Assembly: GCA_041736175.1 (NCBI GenBank)
Contig: JBGSUI010000148.1
Coordinates: 32,001-96,000 of the forward strand
Origin: Oligoflexales bacterium
Lineage (GTDB): Bacteria > Bdellovibrionota_B > Oligoflexia > Oligoflexales > CAIYRB01
DNA: 64,000 nucleotides
Direction of reading: 5' to 3'
The translations under genes were made by a program, and so were the position numbers. Below are positions 18,966 to 28,885 of the stretch, piece by piece. The notes under the pieces were generated by a model. That model did not search any database. It saw only the letters and a program-made list of their open reading frames with translations, and was not told the origin of the DNA. Position 1 is the stretch's first letter. Every line of letters begins with the position of its first letter.

Positions 18966-20699
18966 ATGAATACAATGGAGTGGGTACAGTTTGCCCTCTA
19001 TTTGGGCCTGATTTTTTTGGTGACTAAACCAATAGGATTATATCTTTACCAGGTATTGGAGACCGACGGCCCGACCTTTCTCAGTCCCGTGATGGGGCGA
19101 CTGGAAAAGACGGTTTACCGGTTGATGGGTATCGACCCAAAAACCGAGCAAGACTGGAAATCCTACACGATTTCTATGCTTGCTTTCAGTCTCGTGACCC
19201 TTATTGCGACTTACTTGATACTCAGATTTCAGGATGTCTTACCCCTGAATCCCCAACATTTAAAGGCGTTTACCACTGATTTGGCTTTTAATACCGCGGC
19301 GAGTTTCACCACCAACACCAACTGGCAGTCCTATGGAGGTGAATCAACAGCTTCGTATTTTTCCCAGATGGTCGGTTTTGCGAGCCATAATTTTTTTTCT
19401 GCAGCCGTGGGTCTTGCTGTTGCCGGCGTCCTAGTTCGGGCTATTTCTCGGGACAAACAAAAGGGCCTCGGTCATTTTTGGGTGGATTTAGTCCGTATTC
19501 ATCTTTACCTGCTTTTGCCGCTGTGTACCGTTTTTGCTATGTTCCTGGTTTCCCAGGGTACGATCCAGAATTTTACGGACTATACGAATGTCGTGGAAAA
19601 GGTGGCTGAAAATCCCCCACAAACACCGGCCCAATCTCTGGCACAAGGCCCCGTAGCCTCCCAGGTTGCCATCAAGATGCTCGGCACCAATGGCGGTGGT
19701 TTTTTTAACGCCAATGCAGCCCATCCTTATGAGAACCCAACGCCCCTAAGCAATTTTATCCAGATGCTCTCGATTTTTTTGATTCCTAGTGGTTTGACCT
19801 ATTATTTGGGCAAAAAAGTCAAACACCAGGGACACGGCTGGGCTATTTGGTCGGCGATGGCTCTGCTGTTTACAGCGACGTTCCTGGTTTGTTGGTGGGC
19901 TGAACAAAAGGGCAATCCCCGTTTAGAGAGCCTCGGGATCGATATGTCCATGGGAAACATGGAAGGTAAGGAAGTTCGGTTTGGGGTCTTTAACTCAGCA
20001 CTCTTTGCCACCATCACCACGGCAGCGTCCTGCGGTGCCGTAAATGCTATGCATGATAGTTTTACAGCTTTAGGAGGCCTTATTCCGCTGCTAAACATGC
20101 AGCTTGGAGAAGTGATCTTTGGAGGGGTTGGAGCTGGCCTCTACGGGATGATTCTGTTTGTGATCCTCGCCATTTTTATTGCGGGCCTTATGGTAGGTCG
20201 CACCCCTGAATACCTAGGCAAAAAAATCGAAGCCTATGATGTAAAAGCAGCCGTGCTGGCCACCCTTGCAGTCGCCCTTTGTATCCTTGGTTTCACCGCA
20301 TGGGCCGTCGTTAGCCCGTGGGGGGTGTCCAGCCTTAATAACCAGGGGCCCCATGGGCTTTCCGAAATTCTCTATGCCTACTCCTCAGCTGCAGCAAACA
20401 ATGGTTCGGCTTTTGCGGGTCTTAATGCCAACACTCCCTGGTACAACACAACCCTCGGGATAGCGATGCTTATCGGCCGCTTTTTTATCATCATTCCCGT
20501 ACTGGCCTTAGCAGGGAATCTAGCCCGGAAACAGCTGGTTTCCGTGAGTGCTGGCAGTTTTCCGGTATCCGGTGTGACCTTTACCCTGCTTTTGATCGGC
20601 ACGGTGCTTATTGTAGGCGCCCTGACCTTTCTCCCAGCTTTGGCCCTGGGCCCCCTGGTTGAGCACTTCCTGATGACGGGTTCCAGCAAAGTCTTTTAA
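18966..20699 (+). CDS. kdpA: K+-transporting ATPase subunit A
   Basis: TNTNWQSYGGE, LGTNGGGFF, SCGAVNAMH, NNGSAFAG. Confidence 0.98.
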   Translation: MNTMEWVQFALYLGLIFLVTKPIGLYLYQVLETDGPTFLSPVMGRLEKTVYRLMGIDPKTEQDWKSYTISMLAFSLVTLIATYLILRFQDVLPLNPQHLKAFTTDLAFNTAASFTTNTNWQSYGGESTASYFSQMVGFASHNFFSAAVGLAVAGVLVRAISRDKQKGLGHFWVDLVRIHLYLLLPLCTVFAMFLVSQGTIQNFTDYTNVVEKVAENPPQTPAQSLAQGPVASQVAIKMLGTNGGGFFNANAAHPYENPTPLSNFIQMLSIFLIPSGLTYYLGKKVKHQGHGWAIWSAMALLFTATFLVCWWAEQKGNPRLESLGIDMSMGNMEGKEVRFGVFNSALFATITTAASCGAVNAMHDSFTALGGLIPLLNMQLGEVIFGGVGAGLYGMILFVILAIFIAGLMVGRTPEYLGKKIEAYDVKAAVLATLAVALCILGFTAWAVVSPWGVSSLNNQGPHGLSEILYAYSSAAANNGSAFAGLNANTPWYNTTLGIAMLIGRFFIIIPVLALAGNLARKQLVSVSAGSFPVSGVTFTLLLIGTVLIVGALTFLPALALGPLVEHFLMTGSSKVF

Positions 20700-20723
20700 A
20701 TTTTTATGGATGAGGAAAATCAT

Positions 20724-22754
20724 ATGGCTTCAAAAGTTCATTCTTTATTTGATCCGGAGCTCTTAGTTCCGGCAGTCGTAGGTAGCTTTAAAAAACTAAA
20801 TCCACTTAAAATGGCTCGAAATCCTGTTATGTTTGTGACGGAAGTGGGAGCTATGCTCACCACGATTGACCTAGCCATCATGGCTACTCAAGGGCAGCCC
20901 CTTGCTTTTCCCCTGCAGATTTCCCTTTGGTTGTGGTTTACCGTGTTGTTTTCAAACTTTGCTGAGGCTATGGCCGAAGGTCGAGGTAAAGCACAAGCTA
21001 GTAGCCTGCGCAAAACTCGCACCAAAACCATGGCCCATAAAATACTTCCTGGTGGGGCCCGAAAAACCGTGGAGGTTCCCGCCGAAACCCTCCGCAAAGG
21101 TGACTTGGTCTTAGTGCGTGCGCCGCAAATCATTCCAACCGATGGCGAGATCATCGAAGGGGCTGCCACCGTCAACGAAGCAGCCATTACGGGAGAGTCC
21201 GCTCCCGTCATCAGAGAATCGGGCGGCGATCATAGTGCCGTGACGGGAGGCACCACCGTGCTTTCCGATCAAATCGTCGTGCGGGTCACCGCCGATCCAG
21301 GTGAAAGTTTTATGGACCGCATGATTGGCCTGATCGAGGGAGCCAAGCGGCAAAAAACTCCCAATGAGATCGCCCTGTCGATTCTACTCTCGGCCTTGAC
21401 GATTATTTTTCTTGTGGTGGTGATGACTCTGAAGCCCTTGGCCCTATACTCGGGTGTATCCCTCTCCCTGTCCAACCTCGTGGCCCTTCTTGTGTGCCTT
21501 ATTCCAACCACCATTGGTGGGCTGCTCAGTGCCATCGGCATTGCGGGGATTGACCGTTTGGTGCAAAAGAACGTCCTCGCCATGAGTGGCCGTGCCGTCG
21601 AGGCTGCCGGTGATGTGGATGTGCTTTTGCTCGATAAGACGGGGACCATCACCCTTGGCAATCGCCAAGCAACCGCTTTTTTACCCGCACCAGGAGTCAC
21701 CGAGGAAGAGTTGGCAGCCATGGCCCAGTTAGCCTCCCTTGCGGACGAAACCCCCGAAGGGCGCAGTATCGTGCTTTTGGCCAAAAAATTTCAGATGATC
21801 TCAAACGCAAACAAAGATCTAGCTAATGCGGTTTTTGTGCCATTTACCGCCCAAACCCGTATGAGCGGCGTCGATGTCAGCGGTCGACGGATCCGTAAGG
21901 GAGCATCCGATGCGATCGAAAAATTCGTGGGCAAAAAATATCCCAGCCAAGTCACCGATCATATCAAGAGAGTTTCAAACTCTGGTGGCACCCCGCTGGT
22001 CGTCGCCGATCAGGAGCGGGTCCTTGGTGTTGTGCAGTTGAAAGATATCGTTAAAAGTGGGCTAGCCGACCGTTTTAAACGCTTTCGCGCCATGGGGATA
22101 AAAACCGTGATGATCACGGGAGACAATCCCCTGACCGCCGCAGCGATCGCTGCCGAAGCTGGTGTGGATGATTTTCTTGCTGAAGCAGCCCCTGAGCAAA
22201 AGCTAGCCTATATCATCAAAGAAAAGTCCTTGGGCCATTTGGTCGCCATGACCGGTGACGGCACCAACGATGCCCCAGCTCTGGCCCAAGCTGATGTGGG
22301 GGTCGCTATGAATTCAGGGACCCAAGCGGCAAAAGAAGCGGGCAACATGGTGGACCTCGATAGCAATCCCACCAAGCTGATCGAAATCGTCGAAATTGGC
22401 AAGCAGCTCTTGATGACCCGAGGCTCGCTCACCACTTTTAGCATCGCCAATGATGTGGCCAAATATTTTGCGATTATTCCCGCAATGCTGATCGGTGCTT
22501 TTCCCGAGATAGGGGCACTTAATATTATGGGACTGGGAGAAAAAAGTGCCATTCTAAGCGCCGTGATCTTTAATGCACTGATTATCATTTGTTTGATTCC
22601 CCTAGCTCTCAAAGGTGTTGCCTTCAAGCCCCTTGGAGCAGCAGTGATCCTGCGACGCAATCTTTTGATCTACGGGCTTGGTGGGCTTATTGTTCCCTTT
22701 ATCGGTATCAAAGCCATCGACGAAATTATCAAATTTTTAGGAGTCATCCTATGA
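20724..22754 (+). CDS. kdpB: K+-transporting ATPase subunit B (P-type)
   Basis: [23 protein letters not shown]. Confidence 0.98.
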   Translation: MASKVHSLFDPELLVPAVVGSFKKLNPLKMARNPVMFVTEVGAMLTTIDLAIMATQGQPLAFPLQISLWLWFTVLFSNFAEAMAEGRGKAQASSLRKTRTKTMAHKILPGGARKTVEVPAETLRKGDLVLVRAPQIIPTDGEIIEGAATVNEAAITGESAPVIRESGGDHSAVTGGTTVLSDQIVVRVTADPGESFMDRMIGLIEGAKRQKTPNEIALSILLSALTIIFLVVVMTLKPLALYSGVSLSLSNLVALLVCLIPTTIGGLLSAIGIAGIDRLVQKNVLAMSGRAVEAAGDVDVLLLDKTGTITLGNRQATAFLPAPGVTEEELAAMAQLASLADETPEGRSIVLLAKKFQMISNANKDLANAVFVPFTAQTRMSGVDVSGRRIRKGASDAIEKFVGKKYPSQVTDHIKRVSNSGGTPLVVADQERVLGVVQLKDIVKSGLADRFKRFRAMGIKTVMITGDNPLTAAAIAAEAGVDDFLAEAAPEQKLAYIIKEKSLGHLVAMTGDGTNDAPALAQADVGVAMNSGTQAAKEAGNMVDLDSNPTKLIEIVEIGKQLLMTRGSLTTFSIANDVAKYFAIIPAMLIGAFPEIGALNIMGLGEKSAILSAVIFNALIIICLIPLALKGVAFKPLGAAVILRRNLLIYGLGGLIVPFIGIKAIDEIIKFLGVIL

Positions 22755-23338
22755 GCACAAAAATCCTTCGTGAGCTGCAAACTGCGGTGATTGCCATGGC
22801 TATTCTTATGGTGGTGGTCTGTTTAATCTATCCCTTTACGATATGGGCTGGCGCCCAATTGATTTTTAAAAATCAGGCAAACGGATCTTTGATTGTAGAA
22901 AGCGGCAAGGTTGTCGGCTCAAGTCTGATTGGCCAAAGCTTTACCTCGGACCGGTCGTTTCACCCCCGGCCTTCTGCTGCCGGCAAAGGTTATGATGCCA
23001 CCAGCTCTGGGGGGAGCAACCTCGGGCCGATCAGCGACAAAGGACTCAAGGAAACCGCTGAGCGGGTGGCAAACTACCGACTTATCAATCGGCTCGACCC
23101 AGGAGTCAAAGTGCCCATCGATGCGGTTACCGCCTCGGCAAGCGGCCTCGATCCCCATATCAGCCCCAAAAACGCGGAGCTCCAAGCGCTGCGAGTGGCT
23201 GAAAAGCGCAACCTGAATGTGGATGTGGTCTACAAACTCATCAAAGAGCACACGGAAAAACCAGATTGGGGCTTTCTTGGTGAATCAGGGGTAAACGTAT
23301 TGCGACTGAATCTCGCTTTGGACCATTTGCAACCTTAA
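22751..23338 (+). CDS. kdpC: K+-transporting ATPase subunit C
   Basis: [42 protein letters not shown] overlap with kdpB. Confidence 0.97.
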   Translation: MSTKILRELQTAVIAMAILMVVVCLIYPFTIWAGAQLIFKNQANGSLIVESGKVVGSSLIGQSFTSDRSFHPRPSAAGKGYDATSSGGSNLGPISDKGLKETAERVANYRLINRLDPGVKVPIDAVTASASGLDPHISPKNAELQALRVAEKRNLNVDVVYKLIKEHTEKPDWGFLGESGVNVLRLNLALDHLQP

Positions 23339-23371
23339 GATTATTGTTTGAGTAACTGGAGTTCATATCCC

Positions 23372-25060
23372 ATGAGAGAAGACCGGGCTAAATCATTTCT
23401 ACAGCTCATCCGACGGGCCCAAAGAGGGCGCCTTAAAATATATCTTGGTTACGGACCAGGAGTCGGTAAAACCTATCTCATGCTCCAGGAGGCCCAGAGA
23501 CTCAAACAAGTCGGTGTTGATATCGTGGTCGGTATCGTCGAAACCCATGGTCGAGCGGAAACCGCTAAGCAGGTCGTCGGACTCGAGGTGATCCCCCGAA
23601 AATCCATAGAGTATCGAGGCATCACGGTCGAAGAAATGGACCTTGATGCGGTCTTAAGCCGCCAGCCCCATGTGGTTTTGGTGGATGAGCTAGCTCATAC
23701 TAATCTGCCTGGTAGCCGCAACCACAAACGCTACGATGATGTGCGCGAGTTGCTAGCCGCTGGGATCCATGTGATCGCCACCCTCAATGTTCAGCATTTG
23801 GAGAGTCTCTATAATACTGTAGAAAGGCTTATTGGAGTTAAGGTGCGCGAACGAATTCCCGATTCTGTCGTGGCCGAAGCTGACCAAGTGGTCAACGTGG
23901 ACCTCAGTCCAGAAGATCTGCAGGGCCGCCTTGCCGAGGGTAAGATTTATCCACAGGAACGGGTGGACGCCTCCCTTGAAAATTTCTTTAAGCAAACCAA
24001 TTTGGAGCATCTTAGAGAGCTCACCATGCGGGAGATCGCCGCCCAGATCGATTTTAAACGCCGCGAGATTCCTGATGAGAGCGATCAGGGGATTCCCGAT
24101 CAGCTGATGGTTTGCCTCGCCTCCAAGGGACCCAATAGTGCCCGCCTCCTGCGCTTTGCCTCCCGCCTTGCAGGTCGCCTCAACCGCACATGGTACGCAG
24201 TTTACGTCCAAACTCCAAAGGAAGACCCCACCGTTATAGATGTCACTACGCAGCGACTCTTAGGAGAGACGTTAACCCTTGCCAACCAGCTCGGTGCCAC
24301 GGTGTTCACCTTTAAGGGTGAAGATATCGTGGACACCATCCTTAGGTTTGCGAGGGAGTATCGGGTGGGACATATCGTGATCGGTCGACCACGCCGGATG
24401 CCCCCTTGGAAAAGGTGGCTTGGTCGACGGAGCGTCGCAGAAAATTTGGTTTTTAAGGCCCAGGGATTTACGGTTGTGGTGGTCGATGCTGAAAGCAAAA
24501 CTGACGGGACTTTGCCAACCCATAACCGTATTGAGGAAGGATCTCCTGGATTCCTTCCCTTCGCCCATCCCGAATCCCCCGGCAACCGCATCGTCGACAA
24601 CCTTTCCATAAAGCGCATTGTGATACTTAATCAGAGCGTTACCAAAGACGAAGTCATAGGACTGCTCGCAAACCTAATCGTTGCTGATCTAAAACCTCAA
24701 GGTGGTCCATCAGACAAGCCAAGCATTGAGGGTATTCGGGTTGCCTTGGAGCACCGCGAAGCGGAGGGCTCCACCTTTTTAAATGATTTTGTCGCGATCC
24801 CCCATGCGCGCATGGAGCCCTTTAAAAAACCGGAAATGGCCCTTGCCCTGACCAGAAGTGGCGTCGCCGGCGTCCCAGCCGAACACCCTATCGAAGCAGT
24901 CTTTATGCTTTTAGCTCCCGCCCAAGGCACGGCAGCTGACTTGCGTTTCCTCACCAAGGCCATCCAGCTTTTTCAGAATCTCAATGTAAGACGCAATCTG
25001 CATAGTGCAAGCACTCCCCTAGAGGTGTTTCAAATCATCGCTGACAATGAGGTTCCTTAG
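23372..25060 (+). CDS. kdpD: KdpD N-terminal sensor + Usp domain fused to PTS EIIA domain; no TM or kinase domain
   Basis: GRLKIYLG..PGVGKT, VDELAHTN, NVQHLESL; Usp segment; C-terminal RE..GST..VAIPHAR EIIA motif. Confidence 0.85.
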   Translation: MREDRAKSFLQLIRRAQRGRLKIYLGYGPGVGKTYLMLQEAQRLKQVGVDIVVGIVETHGRAETAKQVVGLEVIPRKSIEYRGITVEEMDLDAVLSRQPHVVLVDELAHTNLPGSRNHKRYDDVRELLAAGIHVIATLNVQHLESLYNTVERLIGVKVRERIPDSVVAEADQVVNVDLSPEDLQGRLAEGKIYPQERVDASLENFFKQTNLEHLRELTMREIAAQIDFKRREIPDESDQGIPDQLMVCLASKGPNSARLLRFASRLAGRLNRTWYAVYVQTPKEDPTVIDVTTQRLLGETLTLANQLGATVFTFKGEDIVDTILRFAREYRVGHIVIGRPRRMPPWKRWLGRRSVAENLVFKAQGFTVVVVDAESKTDGTLPTHNRIEEGSPGFLPFAHPESPGNRIVDNLSIKRIVILNQSVTKDEVIGLLANLIVADLKPQGGPSDKPSIEGIRVALEHREAEGSTFLNDFVAIPHARMEPFKKPEMALALTRSGVAGVPAEHPIEAVFMLLAPAQGTAADLRFLTKAIQLFQNLNVRRNLHSASTPLEVFQIIADNEVP

Positions 25061-25103
25061 TTTTAAATCGTATGGGGGACCATTGTTATTTGAAATATAA
25101 AGA

Positions 25104-25116
25104 TTGCATTATGCAA
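25104..25116. promoter_or_regulatory. Palindrome TTGCAT-T-ATGCAA (second TGCA-N3-TGCA site)
   Basis: Perfect inverted repeat with the same core as the 15385 site. Confidence 0.4.
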
Positions 25117-25305
25117 GGTCTTTTACGTCCTAAATACGTTTAATTTATGACATTTTTTGTAAAAAAAATGTCCATAGAGCGATACTTTATCCACTTTCTA
25201 TGACCAGTTCCTAAAAACAAAAACACATTTTTAAGCAACTTATAATTTAATATTATTAGCCCGTAACAATAATTTACGACTTGACTTTGGCGAGGTCCCT
25301 TAGAC

Positions 25306-25321
25306 CGGCGTTGATTTTGCA
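25306..25321 (+). promoter_or_regulatory. Sigma-54 promoter
   Basis: CGGCGTTGATTTTGCA, GG-N10-GC with TTGC. Confidence 0.6.
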
Positions 25322-25386
25322 ATAAGGCCAAATGTAACCATAGGGGTTACTTGTAAATTAAAACGTAGGTAAATATAGGACCAATT

Positions 25387-25944
25387 ATGAATTTCGGAGT
25401 TTCAAAAGTTAGAATCATCGGACTCTATTTTTTAGCAGGAAGCAGTACTTTTTGTAGCCGAGAGAACACCAAAGACCAAACAGAAGAATCAGAGGTGTCA
25501 AGCAACCCATACCAGGATGAAAACATAGATCCTAAAGGTGAATACACCGTTAAAGCTAAGGATCGATTCACCAAAGCTGAGTCCCTTCAAACGGGAACCC
25601 CAGAGTCTAAAGCGCAGGAAAAGGCCCTCGATGTTTGTGGAGGGCGCGCTTCCGAACCCTGGAGTATCTGTACTATGGAAGGGCGACCTATTAAAAACGG
25701 CCCTGGCACCCGAGTCGATGGTGGCCTTATGGGTAACAGAGCCTGTGTGATTCAAGAGGCAAAAGGAAATTTTGATAAAACGGACCGTACTTGGCTTGGC
25801 TTCGAAGACAAGGCGAAGGGGATTACCGCTGAGCAAGCCGCCGAAACCAAGTGCCGTGCTGGTGGGGGCATTCGCTGCCAGATTAAGACCTGTTTCAACG
25901 GGGACGATGATAAATACGATTGGCCAGGCACTCAGGAAAAATAA
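25387..25944 (+). CDS. Cys-rich secreted/lipoprotein, possibly DUF4189-like repeats
   Basis: Signal-like N-terminus with Cys; AQEKALDVC and AEQAAETKC..GG..CQI..C motifs. Confidence 0.5.
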   Translation: MNFGVSKVRIIGLYFLAGSSTFCSRENTKDQTEESEVSSNPYQDENIDPKGEYTVKAKDRFTKAESLQTGTPESKAQEKALDVCGGRASEPWSICTMEGRPIKNGPGTRVDGGLMGNRACVIQEAKGNFDKTDRTWLGFEDKAKGITAEQAAETKCRAGGGIRCQIKTCFNGDDDKYDWPGTQEK

Positions 25945-25957
25945 CGGCACAGCATGC

Positions 25958-27283
25958 TCAATTCGGCCGCTTGCGGGCTACGATGTGATAGCCTCCTGCC
26001 CCAATATCCAACCAGCTACTTAAATTGCCCACCTGTATCGGACTTGACCGGTTTAAAGTATTATTCACACCAAGCTGGCCGCCATTGTTGCTCCCAAAGG
26101 ACCAAAGGGTGCCATCCTGGCGCCGGGCTAAGGTGAAATACCCACCTGCTCCCACCTCCGCCCAGCTACTTAAAACCCCCAGCTGCACCGGACTAGATCG
26201 GTTTAAAGCATCACCCACACCAAGCTGGCCGTAAGAGTTACCCCCAAAGGCCCACAGAGTGCCGTCCTGGCGGCGGGCTAGGCTGTGATAGTATCCTGCA
26301 CCAACCTCCACCCAACTACTTAAATTGCCTACCTGAACCGGACTTGAGCGGCTTAATGCGGTACCCTGACCAAGCTGGCCGCCATCGTTGCGCCCAAAGG
26401 CCCATAGGGTACCGTCCTGCCGCCGGGCTAGGGTGTGATTGTATCCTACTGCAACTTCCACCCAGCTACTTAAATTGCCCACCTGCACCGGACTTGAGCG
26501 GGCTGAAGCGATACCAATACCGAGCTGTCCATGAGTGTTGCGCCCACAGGCCCACATGGTGCCGTCCTGGCGTAAGGCTAAGGTGTGAAATCCTCCTGCC
26601 CCGACCTCTGTCCAGCTGCTTAAATTGCCAACCTGCACCGGACTTGACCGGTCAAAAGTGTTACTCCTACCAAGCTGGCCATTATAGTTGCGCCCAAAGC
26701 TCCAGAGGGTGCCATCCTGAGACCGGGCAACGGTGTGAGCATTTCCTGCACCAACCTTTACCCAGCTGCTTAAATTGCCCACCTGCACCGGACTTGACCG
26801 TAGAGATTTGTTTCCCCTCCCTAGCTGACCGTAAGCGTTTTCCCCAAAGGTCCACAGGGTGCCATCTTGGTGTCGGGCTACGGTGTGATTTGCTCCCGCC
26901 CTAATCTCAACCCAGCTGCTTAGAGCCCCAGCTTGCACTGGACTTGACCGGTTTATGGTATTTCCCACACCAAGCTGGCCGTAATTGTTGCTTCCAAAGG
27001 CCCATAACTCCCCAACCGGGGGTTTTTTTGACCTCATCATCATGAGTTGGTTAAAGCCATAGAGTCTTTTCTCACCCATAGCAACCCAGGTCCCAAAAGC
27101 TGCCCGTGGGACTATGGCGGCAAGCTTTCTACGAGAGAGTGATTCCCGATTCGGACACTTCACTTCAGTTTCGGGAGGAGAGAGAGGGGAGGGAATAGGT
27201 TTTTTTTCGGAATCTTCTACACACTGTGTTTCTTCAGACGAAATCAGCTTTTTTTTCTCACCATTGTCTAGTTTTTGGCTCAT
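25958..27283 (-). CDS. RCC1/BLIP-II repeat beta-propeller protein
   Basis: Seven 50-aa repeats (LWAFG.N..GQLG....RSSPVQVGNLSSW..VGAG..HT.AR.QDG). Confidence 0.92.
   Translation of the reverse strand: MSQKLDNGEKKKLISSEETQCVEDSEKKPIPSPLSPPETEVKCPNRESLSRRKLAAIVPRAAFGTWVAMGEKRLYGFNQLMMMRSKKPPVGELWAFGSNNYGQLGVGNTINRSSPVQAGALSSWVEIRAGANHTVARHQDGTLWTFGENAYGQLGRGNKSLRSSPVQVGNLSSWVKVGAGNAHTVARSQDGTLWSFGRNYNGQLGRSNTFDRSSPVQVGNLSSWTEVGAGGFHTLALRQDGTMWACGRNTHGQLGIGIASARSSPVQVGNLSSWVEVAVGYNHTLARRQDGTLWAFGRNDGGQLGQGTALSRSSPVQVGNLSSWVEVGAGYYHSLARRQDGTLWAFGGNSYGQLGVGDALNRSSPVQLGVLSSWAEVGAGGYFTLARRQDGTLWSFGSNNGGQLGVNNTLNRSSPIQVGNLSSWLDIGAGGYHIVARKRPN
25970..27010. repeat. About seven 150-bp coding tandem repeats
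   Basis: Recurring ccagct.cttaaattgcc..cctg.accggacttga at a 150-nt period. Confidence 0.9.
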
Positions 27284-27706
27284 TGCTCCCCCGGTATATC
27301 TTTCTTATTTGTTTTGATATTGAGCTTAACATAGATTCTTGAGACTAGCTATTCTCAGAAGGGGAACGTTGAGTTGACAATCGCACAAAATTAGCGATAT
27401 TTGCACTATCTTTCCACCATTCTAAAACAGCGAAATAGGCGCTAGTCCACCAAAAACTTACAAATTGAAAATTCCCTACCACCTTAAGTAGCGAGGTTGG
27501 GTACAGACCAATTAAAAAAATCTCAGATTGAATCATATTATGTCGATGAGGAGCTTTTTTGAGCGGGGGCATCATGATTCTATGAACACCGTGCTCCCGG
27601 GGCCTTGAAGCTTACCAAAAAACTTTTTAAAATAATAAGACGAAGTCCCAAGCTTCCCATTGGGAACAAGTTTTTCACAAAAAATATTGGGAAAATAGGT
27701 TAAATT

Positions 27707-28714
27707 TTGGTTAATGACACCTCGTTTATAGCAGAACTACAAAATGTCTTTTTGGTAGAATGTGAAGAATTAACGGATAAGCTCGAACGAGCTATTATCC
27801 AGCTCGAAAAAGATCCCCGCAACTTCAACCATATCGATCTTATATTTCGTTTTGTCCATACCATCAAGGGCTCAGCTGCCATGGCTGGCTTCCCAAACCT
27901 GGTTGCCTTTGTCCATGGTTTTGAAAACCTGCTGGCAACCATGAAGGCGCAAAAACCTACAATCACCTCCCATGTCGTCGATGTGCTGCTTAAGGGAAAC
28001 GACACCCTTAAGCTTTATACGGAGGCTCTTAGGGATAACGTTTACGCCGAAATACCGACACAAGAAACAACAGCCGCCATCCAGGCCTGCTTGGCGTCTT
28101 TAAACCCAGTACCAATCACGTCCCCAAAGGCTCCTGACTTGCCTAAAACGGTGGCAAACAGCGGTATACCTACTTTTCTGATTTGTGATGACGAAGAAGC
28201 CATTATTGACCTCATTGGCGGTTATCTTAAGGAAACTGGGTATAATATTGTGACTGCCACGAATGTAAGAGATGCCCTAAAAGTTTTTCACACACACCCC
28301 ATTAATGGCATTTTTACCGACTATATGATGCCAGGCCTCACTGGGACCGATTTTGTCGCCGCGATCCGTGCTAAAAATGAGTTTGTCCCCATCGTTGTAG
28401 TCTCTGGACACACCGAAAGAGAGCAATTCAAGGATTATCTAAAGTTAGGAGTCCTTACCTTCCTAGAAAAACCTTTTAGTTTTAGCGATATTTCAAACGC
28501 CGCACACCAAATGCTCCGCCATTCAGACCTCCAGACGGCATTGTTCGGCATCGCCAGAATTAGTTTTAAATTAACGGTATCTATCGAAAGACTCCTGACT
28601 TTTGCCACTCTAAGCTCTTTAGGTCTGCAAGAAAAAGAGCGCCTTTTTGGCATTATGGACGACCTACGTGCTGCGACTACAAATCTTCGTAATGCAGAAC
28701 TCAATAAAAATTAG
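27707..28714 (+). CDS. CheA-type Hpt domain + response-regulator receiver protein
   Basis: IFRFVHTIKGSAAMAG (P1 His); ICDDE...TDYMMPG...EKPF. Confidence 0.85.
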   Translation: MVNDTSFIAELQNVFLVECEELTDKLERAIIQLEKDPRNFNHIDLIFRFVHTIKGSAAMAGFPNLVAFVHGFENLLATMKAQKPTITSHVVDVLLKGNDTLKLYTEALRDNVYAEIPTQETTAAIQACLASLNPVPITSPKAPDLPKTVANSGIPTFLICDDEEAIIDLIGGYLKETGYNIVTATNVRDALKVFHTHPINGIFTDYMMPGLTGTDFVAAIRAKNEFVPIVVVSGHTEREQFKDYLKLGVLTFLEKPFSFSDISNAAHQMLRHSDLQTALFGIARISFKLTVSIERLLTFATLSSLGLQEKERLFGIMDDLRAATTNLRNAELNKN

Positions 28715-28885
28715 AGCGAATTACTCGGGAATTATAATTCTCTAATCTCCCTTGTGGGGAGTTTATACTCGTTCAAATGAAACGAAGTTTGGGTATTTTG
28801 TGGCCATTCCACCCTTGAATGGATCGAACCAAGATGATAAACACTCGATGGATTTGGTTATTGATTTAAATCCTAAAATCGCTAG

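Noticed and set aside
25970..27010. Regular 150-bp repeats as a possible CRISPR array
   Set aside because: In-frame degenerate coding repeats of an RCC1 protein; no unique spacers and no cas genes
27400..27418. Possible sigma-54 promoter for the RCC1 gene
   Set aside because: GG-GC spacing is 9 nt, not 10
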